DNA of 36,760 nt from contig JANNRO010000297.1 of the NCBI GenBank assembly GCA_031401505.1, positions 1 through 36,760 on the forward strand, written 5' to 3'. The stretch comes from Planctomycetia bacterium (lineage in GTDB: Bacteria > Planctomycetota > PLA2 > JAEUHO01). The translations under genes and the position numbers were made by a program. This document shows positions 9,101 through 16,769 of this stretch, piece after piece; the stretch's first letter is position 1; each line of letters starts with the position of its first letter. The notes under the pieces were generated by a model. The model was not told the DNA's origin. It did not search any database and saw only the letters and a program-made list of their open reading frames with translations.

Positions 9101-9277
9101 GTTTCCGATCGCGCGACCGCTCCGTTCATGAAACGGTTCTACGACGAGGCGTTCGGCAAAGGGCTCGCGACCGCCGCCGCGCTCCGAGCAGCGAAACTCT
9201 CGGCTCTTCGTGCTGGCGGAGCCGCCGCCCACCCGTCGGCATGGGCGCCGTTCGTACTCTGGGGGCGCGGAGACTGA
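6101..9277 (+). CDS. TPR + CHAT (caspase-like clan CD) protease with N-terminal signal peptide
   Basis: ATGA overlap with the upstream gene. Many TPR-like helical repeats. CHAT motifs LVISPDDLLAFVPFEAL, IHFACHA (catalytic His at 8873), VVAACES (catalytic Cys at 8996), SQWVVSD and HPSAWAPFVLWG. Confidence 0.93.
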   Translation: MTRRIGRVLALTVALVAGSANAFGGAPIDLDAIARDVIAATARGDAVAIARAATARVPDPFLVIGELRRATLEATGPESDAAMAAIDAFSAAAANGPCGPGLARLRDRWRRATDAERTAELSRSRLRDTVRATGKSGRAADVLAVIDAARTELTDRSDYWVLRIRGLEAMSLTSLGRSPLDETTWREVAVGALAIGWRELAGRAYTESAMLASERMDDTVAAVDRGLAADSYEAAGDTGSAAGIRVTLARSLGKLGRIEDATAALALAERSADALDPDAKAHALWARAVIERATGHKSEAAVLLERAVETFVALGDRETASHALAELSRALREEGRSADAFAALERAVSLATGTGTNAAIGRALAHSEYSTLLLTLRRLAEALTHADAGLVAAIESNRTHLIRVARADRANVLSELGRLDEALEEQTALRAAWIAAGNARGAAAARLNESSTLWRLKRHAEAEAAAVEARDEAIAAGDRRLEATARSGHGLVVYSRGDLPAALEIQRGAVAAFDALNDRSRPAASANRILARLLERSGSFVESLDAARKTLSLQRSLAEGLVEADGAGARADARVTCDLGVFTSLELLRKFPARAPLAAIAAFEFAEAGRALSLAQGLANPSTLLAAALPPDVAKADVESRRTLALARQHFESSLGRSPDDPDARAAAGALERAWAHRDDVVTRVQRAAHRASSFVSPPPPDLEALKASLAPDTAVVLYHLGLEAGAAVVVRATGVDLVDLGPIDELKRAADAWLRVASAPGGDDEKLGLLLADRVVAPLRARIEGVTHLVISPDDLLAFVPFEALPLREGDAVRRLIEWFDVTYVPSASVWNALRLERMTASAAILAIGNPATTGAVAGAEPGSRRGTGLAALPGGEEEAKAVALYAPVEARSLLLGSAATLSAVTTALDAPKAAFRAIHFACHAIVDPTRPRGTGLVLAGGELLDVDRIARSRWSADLVVVAACESARGTVSRGEGVLGIPRALFLAGVPRAIVSQWVVSDRATAPFMKRFYDEAFGKGLATAAALRAAKLSALRAGGAAAHPSAWAPFVLWGRGD

Positions 9278-9306
9278 GCATCCGGTTCGACGGCGTCGCG
9301 GCCGAA

Positions 9307-11424
9307 TCACTTCGGTTGGCCCGGCGCCGCGACGATGTCGATCGAGGGCTCGGGTGCATCGGCGCGGGTCGTGATGACGAACGACGGGTACAGACCGATG
9401 TTCAGCCGTTCGACGGAGGTCCCGGCGCCCGCCGAGACCGTCCACTCGTCGTGTCGCGGATGAAGCCCGATCGATTCATCGGGCAGGATGCCGATGCGAA
9501 GGACGCCGTCGCGATCGGTCGACCGTCGCGATCCGAATTCGCGAATGCCCGCTCTCAAATGCGCGAGCGGCGCGGGCCCGATCGGATAGTCGGCGAAGGC
9601 CTCGCCGTTCTCTCGACGCACCCGGATCGTGACCCGTCGGAAGCTCGACGGTTCGACCCGTCCCCGAAACGTCGCGCCGTCGCCCTCGACCGGAACGTGG
9701 GCGACTTGAAGATCCGGAAACAGGACGGTGACGCCCTCCGGCGGACCCTGGGTCTCGATCTCACAGACGCCGTCTCGATCGACGTAGCCGAGGTCGCGAC
9801 CGATCAGCGGCGCCTCGCGCCGAGCCATTTGCCGTGAAATCGCCTCCATGTGGGCACTGTGCGACTCGTCGAGGTCGGAACCGCGGGCGCGTGGACCCGC
9901 CTTCGCCCTCGCGGCCCACTCCGTGCCGATGACGCGAGAGATCTCCGCGCGTTCGTCCCATTGGGCCCGGTGCGCAATGATCATCGTTCGGTACGGCAGG
10001 GGGCCGCTGGACCGGTCGAACGATCCCTCGATGCGGACCCGGATGCGCGTCGCCCGCTCGAGCGCCATCAGCGTCTCAGCGCCGGGTCGGGTGATCTCGA
10101 GCGTCGTTTCCCGACCGTAGAGTTCGTCGGTCGAAGCGAGCAGCACGTAGTGCCCGGGCAGCAGCGCGAGTTCCGCGGCGAGCCCGCCGGACGCAAGCCG
10201 ACTCCACTCGACGGCGCGGGGAAGACGTTGGACGTATCGCTCGATCCGGTCGCCATAGCGCACGGGATCGTCCCGAAGCAGTCGTTCGAGCGCCGAGCCC
10301 GGCGTCGGTTCGTAGGAGCGCCAGACGAGTTCGCACCGACCCCGCTCGCCGAGCCCCTTCCCGTCAAAGACGAGTCGATGCGTCAGGCGACGCCCGACGA
10401 CGATCGTCGCGCGCGTGCCGCCGACGTCGATCGGATGGCGTTCGGGGATGTCGGGCTGCTGCGCTCTGGCTTCATCGACTCCGAGTTTCCACGTCGTTCC
10501 GGGGTACCCCCTGAGCGTGACGACGCCTCGGTCGTCGGTCGTCCCGGAGAGTTTCGTCGGGGGCTGGCTGATCGCGGTCGTCGGCCAGACGCTCACGTTG
10601 AGCGCCTCGACGCCCCGGCCGTTCTCATCGAGCACCGCGATCTCCTGTGCGACGGGGTCGGACCTCGGCGGCGACAGTTCGAAGGACGTCCCGCGGCGCA
10701 ACCGCCGGCGGATCGACGCGCCGGCGTATCCGGGCAGGGTCAACTGGAGATCGACCTCGTGCTCGGGCGCCCCATCTGGCTCGGCATCGAGCAAAAGCGG
10801 CACGTCCGGGGAGATGTCGCCGATGTTTCCACTCGTTCGATCGTGGAAGTGAACGCTGGCACCTGGGAGCGCGACTCCGGCGGGCCACGTCAGCCGAACC
10901 GACGACTGCTCGGGAGAGAGCCCGGGAACCATCCCGAAGTGGATCCGCTTGCGACTCTCGTCGGCGCGGAGCATCACGTAGGCGTACTCGGGTCGGAATC
11001 CCTCCGCCCGCACGCGGGCGGTGACGGTCGTGCGGCGGGGGAACTCGTCGAAGACGGCGACGCCGTCATCGCCCGTCGTCGCGGTGCGGGAGAACTCGAA
11101 GCTGTGTCGCGCCTGGATCTCGGTGCGGACGTCGATCGAGGCGCGCACCTCTACACCCGCCATCGGCCGCTTCGATTTCTTGTCGACAACCTCGACTTCG
11201 AGTCGGGCGTCGAGTCGCAACCGCTTCTCGACGACCTCGACGCCCGGCTCGGATGAGCGACCCGGCGCATGAAGTTGATCACCTCCATCGCTGGTCGTTG
11301 CTGAGGACGAACTCCCCGACGCGCCGACGCTCGTGCGCCCGGACGCGGCGCGGAACCAGACCATGGCGGCGACGGCGAGGACCGCGACGACGGCCACTGC
11401 GACGAATCGGGACTTGTCGGACAT
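9307..11424 (-). CDS. Membrane-anchored/exported protein with repeated carboxypeptidase-regulatory-like beta-sandwich domains
   Basis: N-terminal TM segment. Repeated units of type VEVVDKKSKRPMAGVEV..TGDDGVAVF, VLDENGRGVEAL..TDDRGVVTL and VRRENGEAFADYPI..TDRDGVLRI. AAGGAG SD. Confidence 0.8.
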   Translation of the reverse strand: MSDKSRFVAVAVVAVLAVAAMVWFRAASGRTSVGASGSSSSATTSDGGDQLHAPGRSSEPGVEVVEKRLRLDARLEVEVVDKKSKRPMAGVEVRASIDVRTEIQARHSFEFSRTATTGDDGVAVFDEFPRRTTVTARVRAEGFRPEYAYVMLRADESRKRIHFGMVPGLSPEQSSVRLTWPAGVALPGASVHFHDRTSGNIGDISPDVPLLLDAEPDGAPEHEVDLQLTLPGYAGASIRRRLRRGTSFELSPPRSDPVAQEIAVLDENGRGVEALNVSVWPTTAISQPPTKLSGTTDDRGVVTLRGYPGTTWKLGVDEARAQQPDIPERHPIDVGGTRATIVVGRRLTHRLVFDGKGLGERGRCELVWRSYEPTPGSALERLLRDDPVRYGDRIERYVQRLPRAVEWSRLASGGLAAELALLPGHYVLLASTDELYGRETTLEITRPGAETLMALERATRIRVRIEGSFDRSSGPLPYRTMIIAHRAQWDERAEISRVIGTEWAARAKAGPRARGSDLDESHSAHMEAISRQMARREAPLIGRDLGYVDRDGVCEIETQGPPEGVTVLFPDLQVAHVPVEGDGATFRGRVEPSSFRRVTIRVRRENGEAFADYPIGPAPLAHLRAGIREFGSRRSTDRDGVLRIGILPDESIGLHPRHDEWTVSAGAGTSVERLNIGLYPSFVITTRADAPEPSIDIVAAPGQPK

Positions 11425-11484
11425 CGGAGTGCTCCTTGTGCGCGGGCGCCACCGTAGCGGCGCCCGCGAGATCGAACAGAGACG

Positions 11485-12831
11485 TCAATTCTGGGACGAC
11501 GACCCGGTGCCGACGGCCGGATCGGCACCCGGCTTCGCCGGCGGAACGCCACCCCAGCCCGGCTCGTACCCGTCCGATGGCGTGAGCGCCCGTCCCGGGG
11601 TCGCAGCCGACGGCGTGCCGGGTTGCGACTCGCCCGAAGTCGTCGTCGGCGTCGTCGGCGGCACGGGAGTGCCCGGCGTCGTCGGGGGCGTCGGATCGGA
11701 CGGCGTGCGGGGCGGCGGGGGCGGATCGACCGGAATCGGTGACCCGCTGGTCCCGCAGGCATGACACGCATCGACGCGAATGCTCGCGATGAAGTTGATG
11801 ACGGTCACCAGGAGTTCCTGACGCGATCCCTTGTCGCCGTCGAAGAATTCGTGATCGAGAATCGAGAACTGACCGTCCAGGTACGTTGTCGCCGTCCACG
11901 CCTTCTCGAATGGGCACGGGACGTCTCCTGTGACGATCGCGGTGCCTTCGAGTTCGCCCGACTCGTCGGTCAACGAATGGAACTTCGTGTCGTACGTCGT
12001 CGAAGACGACGTCTCGAATCCGAGTTCGCCGCCATAGTCGGCGCCCGGCGCGGTACCGACCTTTCCGCCCGCCTTCAACTTCAAGCCCGCCGACGTCGTC
12101 GCTCCCTGCGTCAAGGGAACGACCCGGGAAAACGTCCCACCGTCGCCGACGCTGCTCCCGTCGATCAGCTCGCAGCGAACGGCGAAGCTCTGATCGATGG
12201 CCTTCGTCTCGTCGTACTCGCCGGCCATCGCATCGAAATCGACGATGCGCCTCGTCCATCCGATCGCCCAGGGATTCGTGACGGTGAGTTTCTCGGCCCT
12301 GCGGTACGGACCGTTCTCGTAGTCGAGCGTCTCCTGGCCCATGTAGTGGACCGCCCACTCGGCGTGCGCGCCATCCTCGGCTTCGAGGATCGCCTTCAAG
12401 AACACGTTCGCCCGGCTACCGACCAGTTTGACGTAGAGGTAGCTGTCCGTTCCCACGGTGTCGGTGTCTGCGCCGATGTGCGACTCGTACTGCCCGGCGC
12501 CATCGGATCGATCGCCGCCCAGCGCCACCCATCCGGGAAGAACCGGGGTGCTCGTCAGCGGATCGCGCGTCGACTGCGATCCCGTGATCACGGCCTTGCC
12601 CGTACAAAGGTTGGACGCCTCCCGCTTGACCTTGTCCCGCAATTCACCGACCTTCGCCTCGATCTCGCCATCTCCCCAATCGGGGTACTTCTCGTCGGGG
12701 GTCGCGAGCGCGATTCCTCCGAACACCGCGAACGTCCCGCATGCGAGGAGCGTTCGGCCGCGCACCCGGCCGCGCGCGATGCCGGTCGTTGGGGCGGCCG
12801 TCGACCCCGGTTGGATTGCATTCGTCTTCAT
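11485..12831 (-). CDS. Secreted beta-rich hypothetical protein with Pro/Thr-rich C-terminal tail
   Basis: AAGGA SD, signal peptide ending IALA-TP, Ser/Thr/Gly-rich core, and a PTPPTTPGTP-type tail. Confidence 0.75.
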   Translation of the reverse strand: MKTNAIQPGSTAAPTTGIARGRVRGRTLLACGTFAVFGGIALATPDEKYPDWGDGEIEAKVGELRDKVKREASNLCTGKAVITGSQSTRDPLTSTPVLPGWVALGGDRSDGAGQYESHIGADTDTVGTDSYLYVKLVGSRANVFLKAILEAEDGAHAEWAVHYMGQETLDYENGPYRRAEKLTVTNPWAIGWTRRIVDFDAMAGEYDETKAIDQSFAVRCELIDGSSVGDGGTFSRVVPLTQGATTSAGLKLKAGGKVGTAPGADYGGELGFETSSSTTYDTKFHSLTDESGELEGTAIVTGDVPCPFEKAWTATTYLDGQFSILDHEFFDGDKGSRQELLVTVINFIASIRVDACHACGTSGSPIPVDPPPPPRTPSDPTPPTTPGTPVPPTTPTTTSGESQPGTPSAATPGRALTPSDGYEPGWGGVPPAKPGADPAVGTGSSSQN

Positions 12832-12955
12832 GATCTCGGTTCCTTCGAAACGTGCGGCGGTCTGGAGCCGATCGCCGGCTCACCCATATCCACGCGCGAG
12901 ATCGCGGGTGGTCACGCAAATCACGCGGATTTCTCCCGCGGGACGAGCGCTCGCC

Positions 12956-13588
12956 CTACCCGAGCAGTCCCGCTCCCCACGCGACGACCAGCCCCGCCGC
13001 CGTTGCATTGGGCACGTTGTCGTCGGGCGCAATCCGCACCAGATCGACGAGTGCCGCCGAGAGAGCCGCCGCGATCACGATCGGCCAGCGCACGCCCGGC
13101 CCGCCCCCCGTCGCCTCGACGAACGCCCCGACGCCGATGCCGGCGAGGGCCCCCACCCCGACGAACGCCGGCGTGCCCGACCACGTGGCCTTGCGGTGGC
13201 CGAACAGCTTCGGCGCGGCCACATGCCGCCCGACGATGCTCGCCGCCGCGTCTCCGGCCGCGAACACCGACCAAGCCGTCGCGGCCAGCGTGGCCGGAAG
13301 GAGCCACACGAGCAGGAACACGGCGACCGGATACGTCCGCAATCCGCCGAGGAACGGTTCTCCCGGTCGCCGAAGCCGCGCCTCGAGCGACGTCATCGGG
13401 ATCACCACCCAACCGGCGAGCAATCCGAGGCCCGCGCCAACGAGATTCATCCAGCGCGGCATGATCCCGAGCCCCAACGCGACGAGTGCCGTCCCCGCGT
13501 GGAGCAGCGGACGGAACTCCGATTTCGGAATCCGGCCGTCAGGCCGACGCGCACCTGAAGGCGGAGCTTCGCCGACTCTTGCGCTCAC
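12956..13588 (-). CDS. Polyprenol/phytol/diacylglycerol kinase-like integral membrane protein (CTP-dependent family)
   Basis: EFRPLLH, AGDAAASIVGR, KATWSG and PDDNVP motifs; multiple TM segments. Confidence 0.8.
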   Translation of the reverse strand: MSARVGEAPPSGARRPDGRIPKSEFRPLLHAGTALVALGLGIMPRWMNLVGAGLGLLAGWVVIPMTSLEARLRRPGEPFLGGLRTYPVAVFLLVWLLPATLAATAWSVFAAGDAAASIVGRHVAAPKLFGHRKATWSGTPAFVGVGALAGIGVGAFVEATGGGPGVRWPIVIAAALSAALVDLVRIAPDDNVPNATAAGLVVAWGAGLLG

Positions 13589-14589
13589 GATCGCGCCGCC
13601 GATCCCCCGAGCGGTCGGACGCGGGTCCCGTCCGCCGATCGCGCGGAAACGGCGCGAGCGGCATCCGTTCGATCGGGATCCACTCGATCGGGTTCCACCC
13701 GATCGATTCGGGTGTAGGCGACGGCATCCCCCTCCCGCGCGCCCTTCCCCTCCACCAACACCAGTCCCCTCGCCGTCGCGACGCGCCGCACCTCCGCCAT
13801 CACGCGCGCCGGATCCGCGAACGCACCCTCGCCGTCGCCGTCGCGCACGACGACCGTCTCGAACGTGGCGTCGGCGAACGGCAGCGCCTCGGGATCGGCC
13901 ACCAGGAAGTCCACGTCGCGACGAGCGAGGCGAGTCAGGTCGATCGGCGTCTCCGACGTCTTGACGTCCACGACGGGGAGACGGAACTCGTCGGTCGTTT
14001 GGACGTTGCGGGCGCGGCGCACCCGCGCGACGCTGCGATCCGTGCCGATCGCGTCGCCGGTGCGAGCCGCGAGAACGAACGTCCCGCGCCCGACTCCACA
14101 GCCGACTTCGAGCGCGGGGCCGACACCGCCGCCCGCCCGGATCGCCGCCGCGAGCGCATCCGCGAGCGCGTCGTCGAGCGCCGCGTCACGCGAGGACATC
14201 GGCTTCGCCGTTCGCGCCGCATCGAAGGGGAGCAGATCGGAGTACCTCGCGACCACTTCGTCGAAGGGCACGACGTCGGCACCCCCGCGGGCGTTGGCGA
14301 GCAGGAAGCGCGCGAGGCGGGGATCGGGAATCGAGAGCCGCCGGTAGACGTTGCCGTGCGTCGCCAAGTGGGCCTTGACGTCCAACGGCAGGATCGCAGT
14401 GCCCGCGAGCACGGGATAGGCCGTGCGGCAGCCCCGGCAGACGAGGTACCCCTCGGAGAGTTCTCGATCGGTCCCCGCTGCATCGGCCTCGACACGCATG
14501 GGATCGAGGTCGAATCCGACGTCGCGACCCAATGCCCCCGATCCGAGACAGGCGGGGCAGGCGAGGCGGGGCAGGGTGGCGAGGCGCAC
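13585..14589 (-). CDS. Class I SAM-dependent methyltransferase with N-terminal Trm112-like Zn-ribbon
   Basis: LACPAC...GYLVCRGCRTAYPVLAG, then LEVGCGVGR, GTDRS and ADPEALPFADATFE. Stop overlaps the next gene's ATG. Confidence 0.85.
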   Translation of the reverse strand: MRLATLPRLACPACLGSGALGRDVGFDLDPMRVEADAAGTDRELSEGYLVCRGCRTAYPVLAGTAILPLDVKAHLATHGNVYRRLSIPDPRLARFLLANARGGADVVPFDEVVARYSDLLPFDAARTAKPMSSRDAALDDALADALAAAIRAGGGVGPALEVGCGVGRGTFVLAARTGDAIGTDRSVARVRRARNVQTTDEFRLPVVDVKTSETPIDLTRLARRDVDFLVADPEALPFADATFETVVVRDGDGEGAFADPARVMAEVRRVATARGLVLVEGKGAREGDAVAYTRIDRVEPDRVDPDRTDAARAVSARSADGTRVRPLGGSAARS

Positions 14590-14650
14590 GCCGTCATTCT
14601 GGACCGGCCGCGGGTCCCGTGCGCGGCCATTTCCGAGTACGGTGCCGTGC

Positions 14651-16012
14651 ATGAGAGTCCAATTCCACGGGGCCGCGCGCACGGTCACCGGTTCGTGCAC
14701 GCTGCTGGAAGCCGACGGGACGCGCATCCTCGTCGATTGCGGACAGTTCCAGGGGGACGACGCGCTCGAGCAGTTGAACCGGGACCGCTTCGGATTCGAC
14801 CCGCGCTCGATCGACGCGCTCGTCCTGACGCACGGGCACATCGACCACATCGGGCGATCGCCGCGGCTCGTGGCCGAGGGATTTCGCGGGCCGGTGCTGT
14901 GCACGAGCGCGACGGCCGACATCGCGGCGCAGATGCTCAAGGACTCGGCGAAGATCGGCGAAGAGGAGGCGAAGTTCCACGGCGGTCCGCCCCCGCTCTT
15001 CGACGAGCAGGACATCATCCGGCTGGGCCACATGATGCAGCCGATGAAGTACGGCGAGACGCGCGCGGTCGGGCGCGGGATCTCGGTCCGGCTGTCCGAC
15101 GCCGGGCACATCCTGGGCAGTGCGCACGTGCTCGCGACGTTGACCGAGGCCGGCCGCACCGTCTCGTTCGGGATCTCAGGCGACGTCGGTTCACCCGGAC
15201 GGCCGATCGTCTCCGACCCGACGCCGTTCGGTCCGCTCGACTACCTCCAGGTCGAGTCCACCTACGGCGACCGCGACCACCGGTCGGTCGAGGCCAGCAT
15301 CGAGGAGTTCAACCGGATCGCGATCGAGGCCGACGCGTGCCGGGGGATCGTCATCGTGCCCGCGTTCTCGCTCGGCCGCACGCAGGACATCCTCTACTAC
15401 CTGAACGCGCTCAAGAACGCGGGCGCGATTCCGAATCTCGAAGTGATCGTGGACAGCCCGCTCGCAACGCGCCTGACGACCGTCTATCGCAAGAACCCCG
15501 ATTCGTTCGACGACGACACGAAGGGCATGCTGAAGCGGGGCGACGACCCGTTCGATTTCCCGGGCCTGCGCATCGTCAACGACCCGCGCGAAAGTGATCA
15601 GATCTCGCGCGAGGCGAAGTGCGCGTTGATCATCTCGGCGAGCGGGATGTGCCAGAACGGTCGTGTCGTCAAGCACCTGACGAGTTTCCTGCCTCGGTCG
15701 ACGACGCAGGTCGTGATCGTCGGCTATCAGGCGCCGGGCACGACGGGGCGACGGCTGGTCGACGGCGCGAAGGTGGTGCGCATCCGCGGGCGCGAAGTGC
15801 CGGTCAACGCGAAGATCACGACGATCGGCGGCTTTTCGGCGCACGCGGGACAGCACGAGATGCTCGACTGGATCGCGGCGGGCGGCAAGCCCAGGAAGAT
15901 CTTCCTCTGCCACGGCGAGCCCGACGCGCTCGAGACGTTCGCCAAGGCGATCAAGGACGACCTCGGCATTCCGACGCAGATCCCCCGTCGCGGCGACGGC
16001 GTCGTGCTCTGA
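14651..16012 (+). CDS. MBL-fold/beta-CASP metallo-hydrolase (RNA-processing ribonuclease family)
   Basis: GAARTVTGSC, LTHGHIDHIG, AGHILGS, SGD, ESTYGDR, PAFSLGRTQ, FSAHA and CHGE motifs. Confidence 0.95.
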   Translation: MRVQFHGAARTVTGSCTLLEADGTRILVDCGQFQGDDALEQLNRDRFGFDPRSIDALVLTHGHIDHIGRSPRLVAEGFRGPVLCTSATADIAAQMLKDSAKIGEEEAKFHGGPPPLFDEQDIIRLGHMMQPMKYGETRAVGRGISVRLSDAGHILGSAHVLATLTEAGRTVSFGISGDVGSPGRPIVSDPTPFGPLDYLQVESTYGDRDHRSVEASIEEFNRIAIEADACRGIVIVPAFSLGRTQDILYYLNALKNAGAIPNLEVIVDSPLATRLTTVYRKNPDSFDDDTKGMLKRGDDPFDFPGLRIVNDPRESDQISREAKCALIISASGMCQNGRVVKHLTSFLPRSTTQVVIVGYQAPGTTGRRLVDGAKVVRIRGREVPVNAKITTIGGFSAHAGQHEMLDWIAAGGKPRKIFLCHGEPDALETFAKAIKDDLGIPTQIPRRGDGVVL

Positions 16013-16079
16013 CCCGCGTGAACGCGAGGGCGGTCCGATGTGTTGGCGTGACACGTTCGTCGAGGCGCCATTCGCCATC

Positions 16080-16286
16080 GTGAGCTTCGGGCGGCACCTG
16101 CTGCGCTTTTTCGCCCGCTGGGCGCTCCGATGGACCGCGCTGGCGCTGACGTCGATCGGCGTCGCCGTCCTGGTCGAGCTCCGCTCCTCACCTCAAGCGT
16201 TCGGATCGACGTACGTCCTGCCCCTCTGCCTGCTCGGCGGCGCGGCTGGCCTCGTCGCGGCGTCGATTTCGCTGCGCGCGGAGTGA
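16080..16286 (+). CDS. Small two-TM membrane protein
   Basis: MSFGRHLLRFFARWALRWTALALTSIGVAVLV...YVLPLCLLGGAAGLVAASI fills the gap and is followed by a hairpin. Start uncertain (16038 or 16080). Confidence 0.55.
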   Translation: MSFGRHLLRFFARWALRWTALALTSIGVAVLVELRSSPQAFGSTYVLPLCLLGGAAGLVAASISLRAE

Positions 16287-16287
16287 G

Positions 16288-16306
16288 GGGGCGGGCGCGC
16301 CGCCCC
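16288..16306. terminator. GC hairpin between convergent genes
   Basis: GGGGCGG-gcgcg-CCGCCCC, 7-bp stem, no U-tract. Confidence 0.4.
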
Positions 16307-16320
16307 GTCGCTGGAGAGTC

Positions 16321-16701
16321 TTACCCCCGCGTGGGGGCGTCCTCGGCGTGAAGTTTGAGGTCGTCGAGCGCGACGTACTCGAGCGTGCGCATGTGGGTCG
16401 CGGCGAGGACCACCGGGGGCGCCATCCCTGCCTCGAACGCTTCCTGCCAGCGCTGGGCGCACAGACACCATCGGTCGCCGGGCGAGAGCCCCTCGAAGCC
16501 GTACGCCGGGTTCGGCGTCGAGAGGTCGTTGCCCGCCTCGCGGCTGAAGGCCAGGAACTCTTCGGTCGCGCGGATGCAGACGGTGTGGACGCCGAAGTCT
16601 TGTCCGCTCGTCTCGCAGCAGCCCGTCCGCAGGAATCCCGTCATCGGATCCGTCGAGCAGGTTTCGAGCGTGCCGCCGAGAACGTTCTTGCCGCGTGCCA
16701 T
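16321..16701 (-). CDS. DUF2237 family protein
   Basis: NVLGGTLETCSTDPMTGFLRTGCC, GNDLSTP and GDRWCLCAQRW motifs. Confidence 0.93.
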   Translation of the reverse strand: MARGKNVLGGTLETCSTDPMTGFLRTGCCETSGQDFGVHTVCIRATEEFLAFSREAGNDLSTPNPAYGFEGLSPGDRWCLCAQRWQEAFEAGMAPPVVLAATHMRTLEYVALDDLKLHAEDAPTRG

Positions 16702-16769
16702 GCCCGAAGCCTACCGGAGGGTGAGGCAACCGACGACGACGGACGGGGCTCGGGTGCGCGAGACGAGCG

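Noticed and set aside
4072-9277. Type III-E CRISPR (Craspase) locus
   Set aside because: No Cas7-11 or other cas gene and no repeat-spacer array in the window. The protease appears exported. Only the regulatory logic is analogous.
11485-12831. Bacterial gasdermin, or c-type cytochrome (CHAC motif)
   Set aside because: It has a signal peptide and lacks the N-terminal Cys typical of bacterial gasdermins. The motif is CHACG, not CxxCH.
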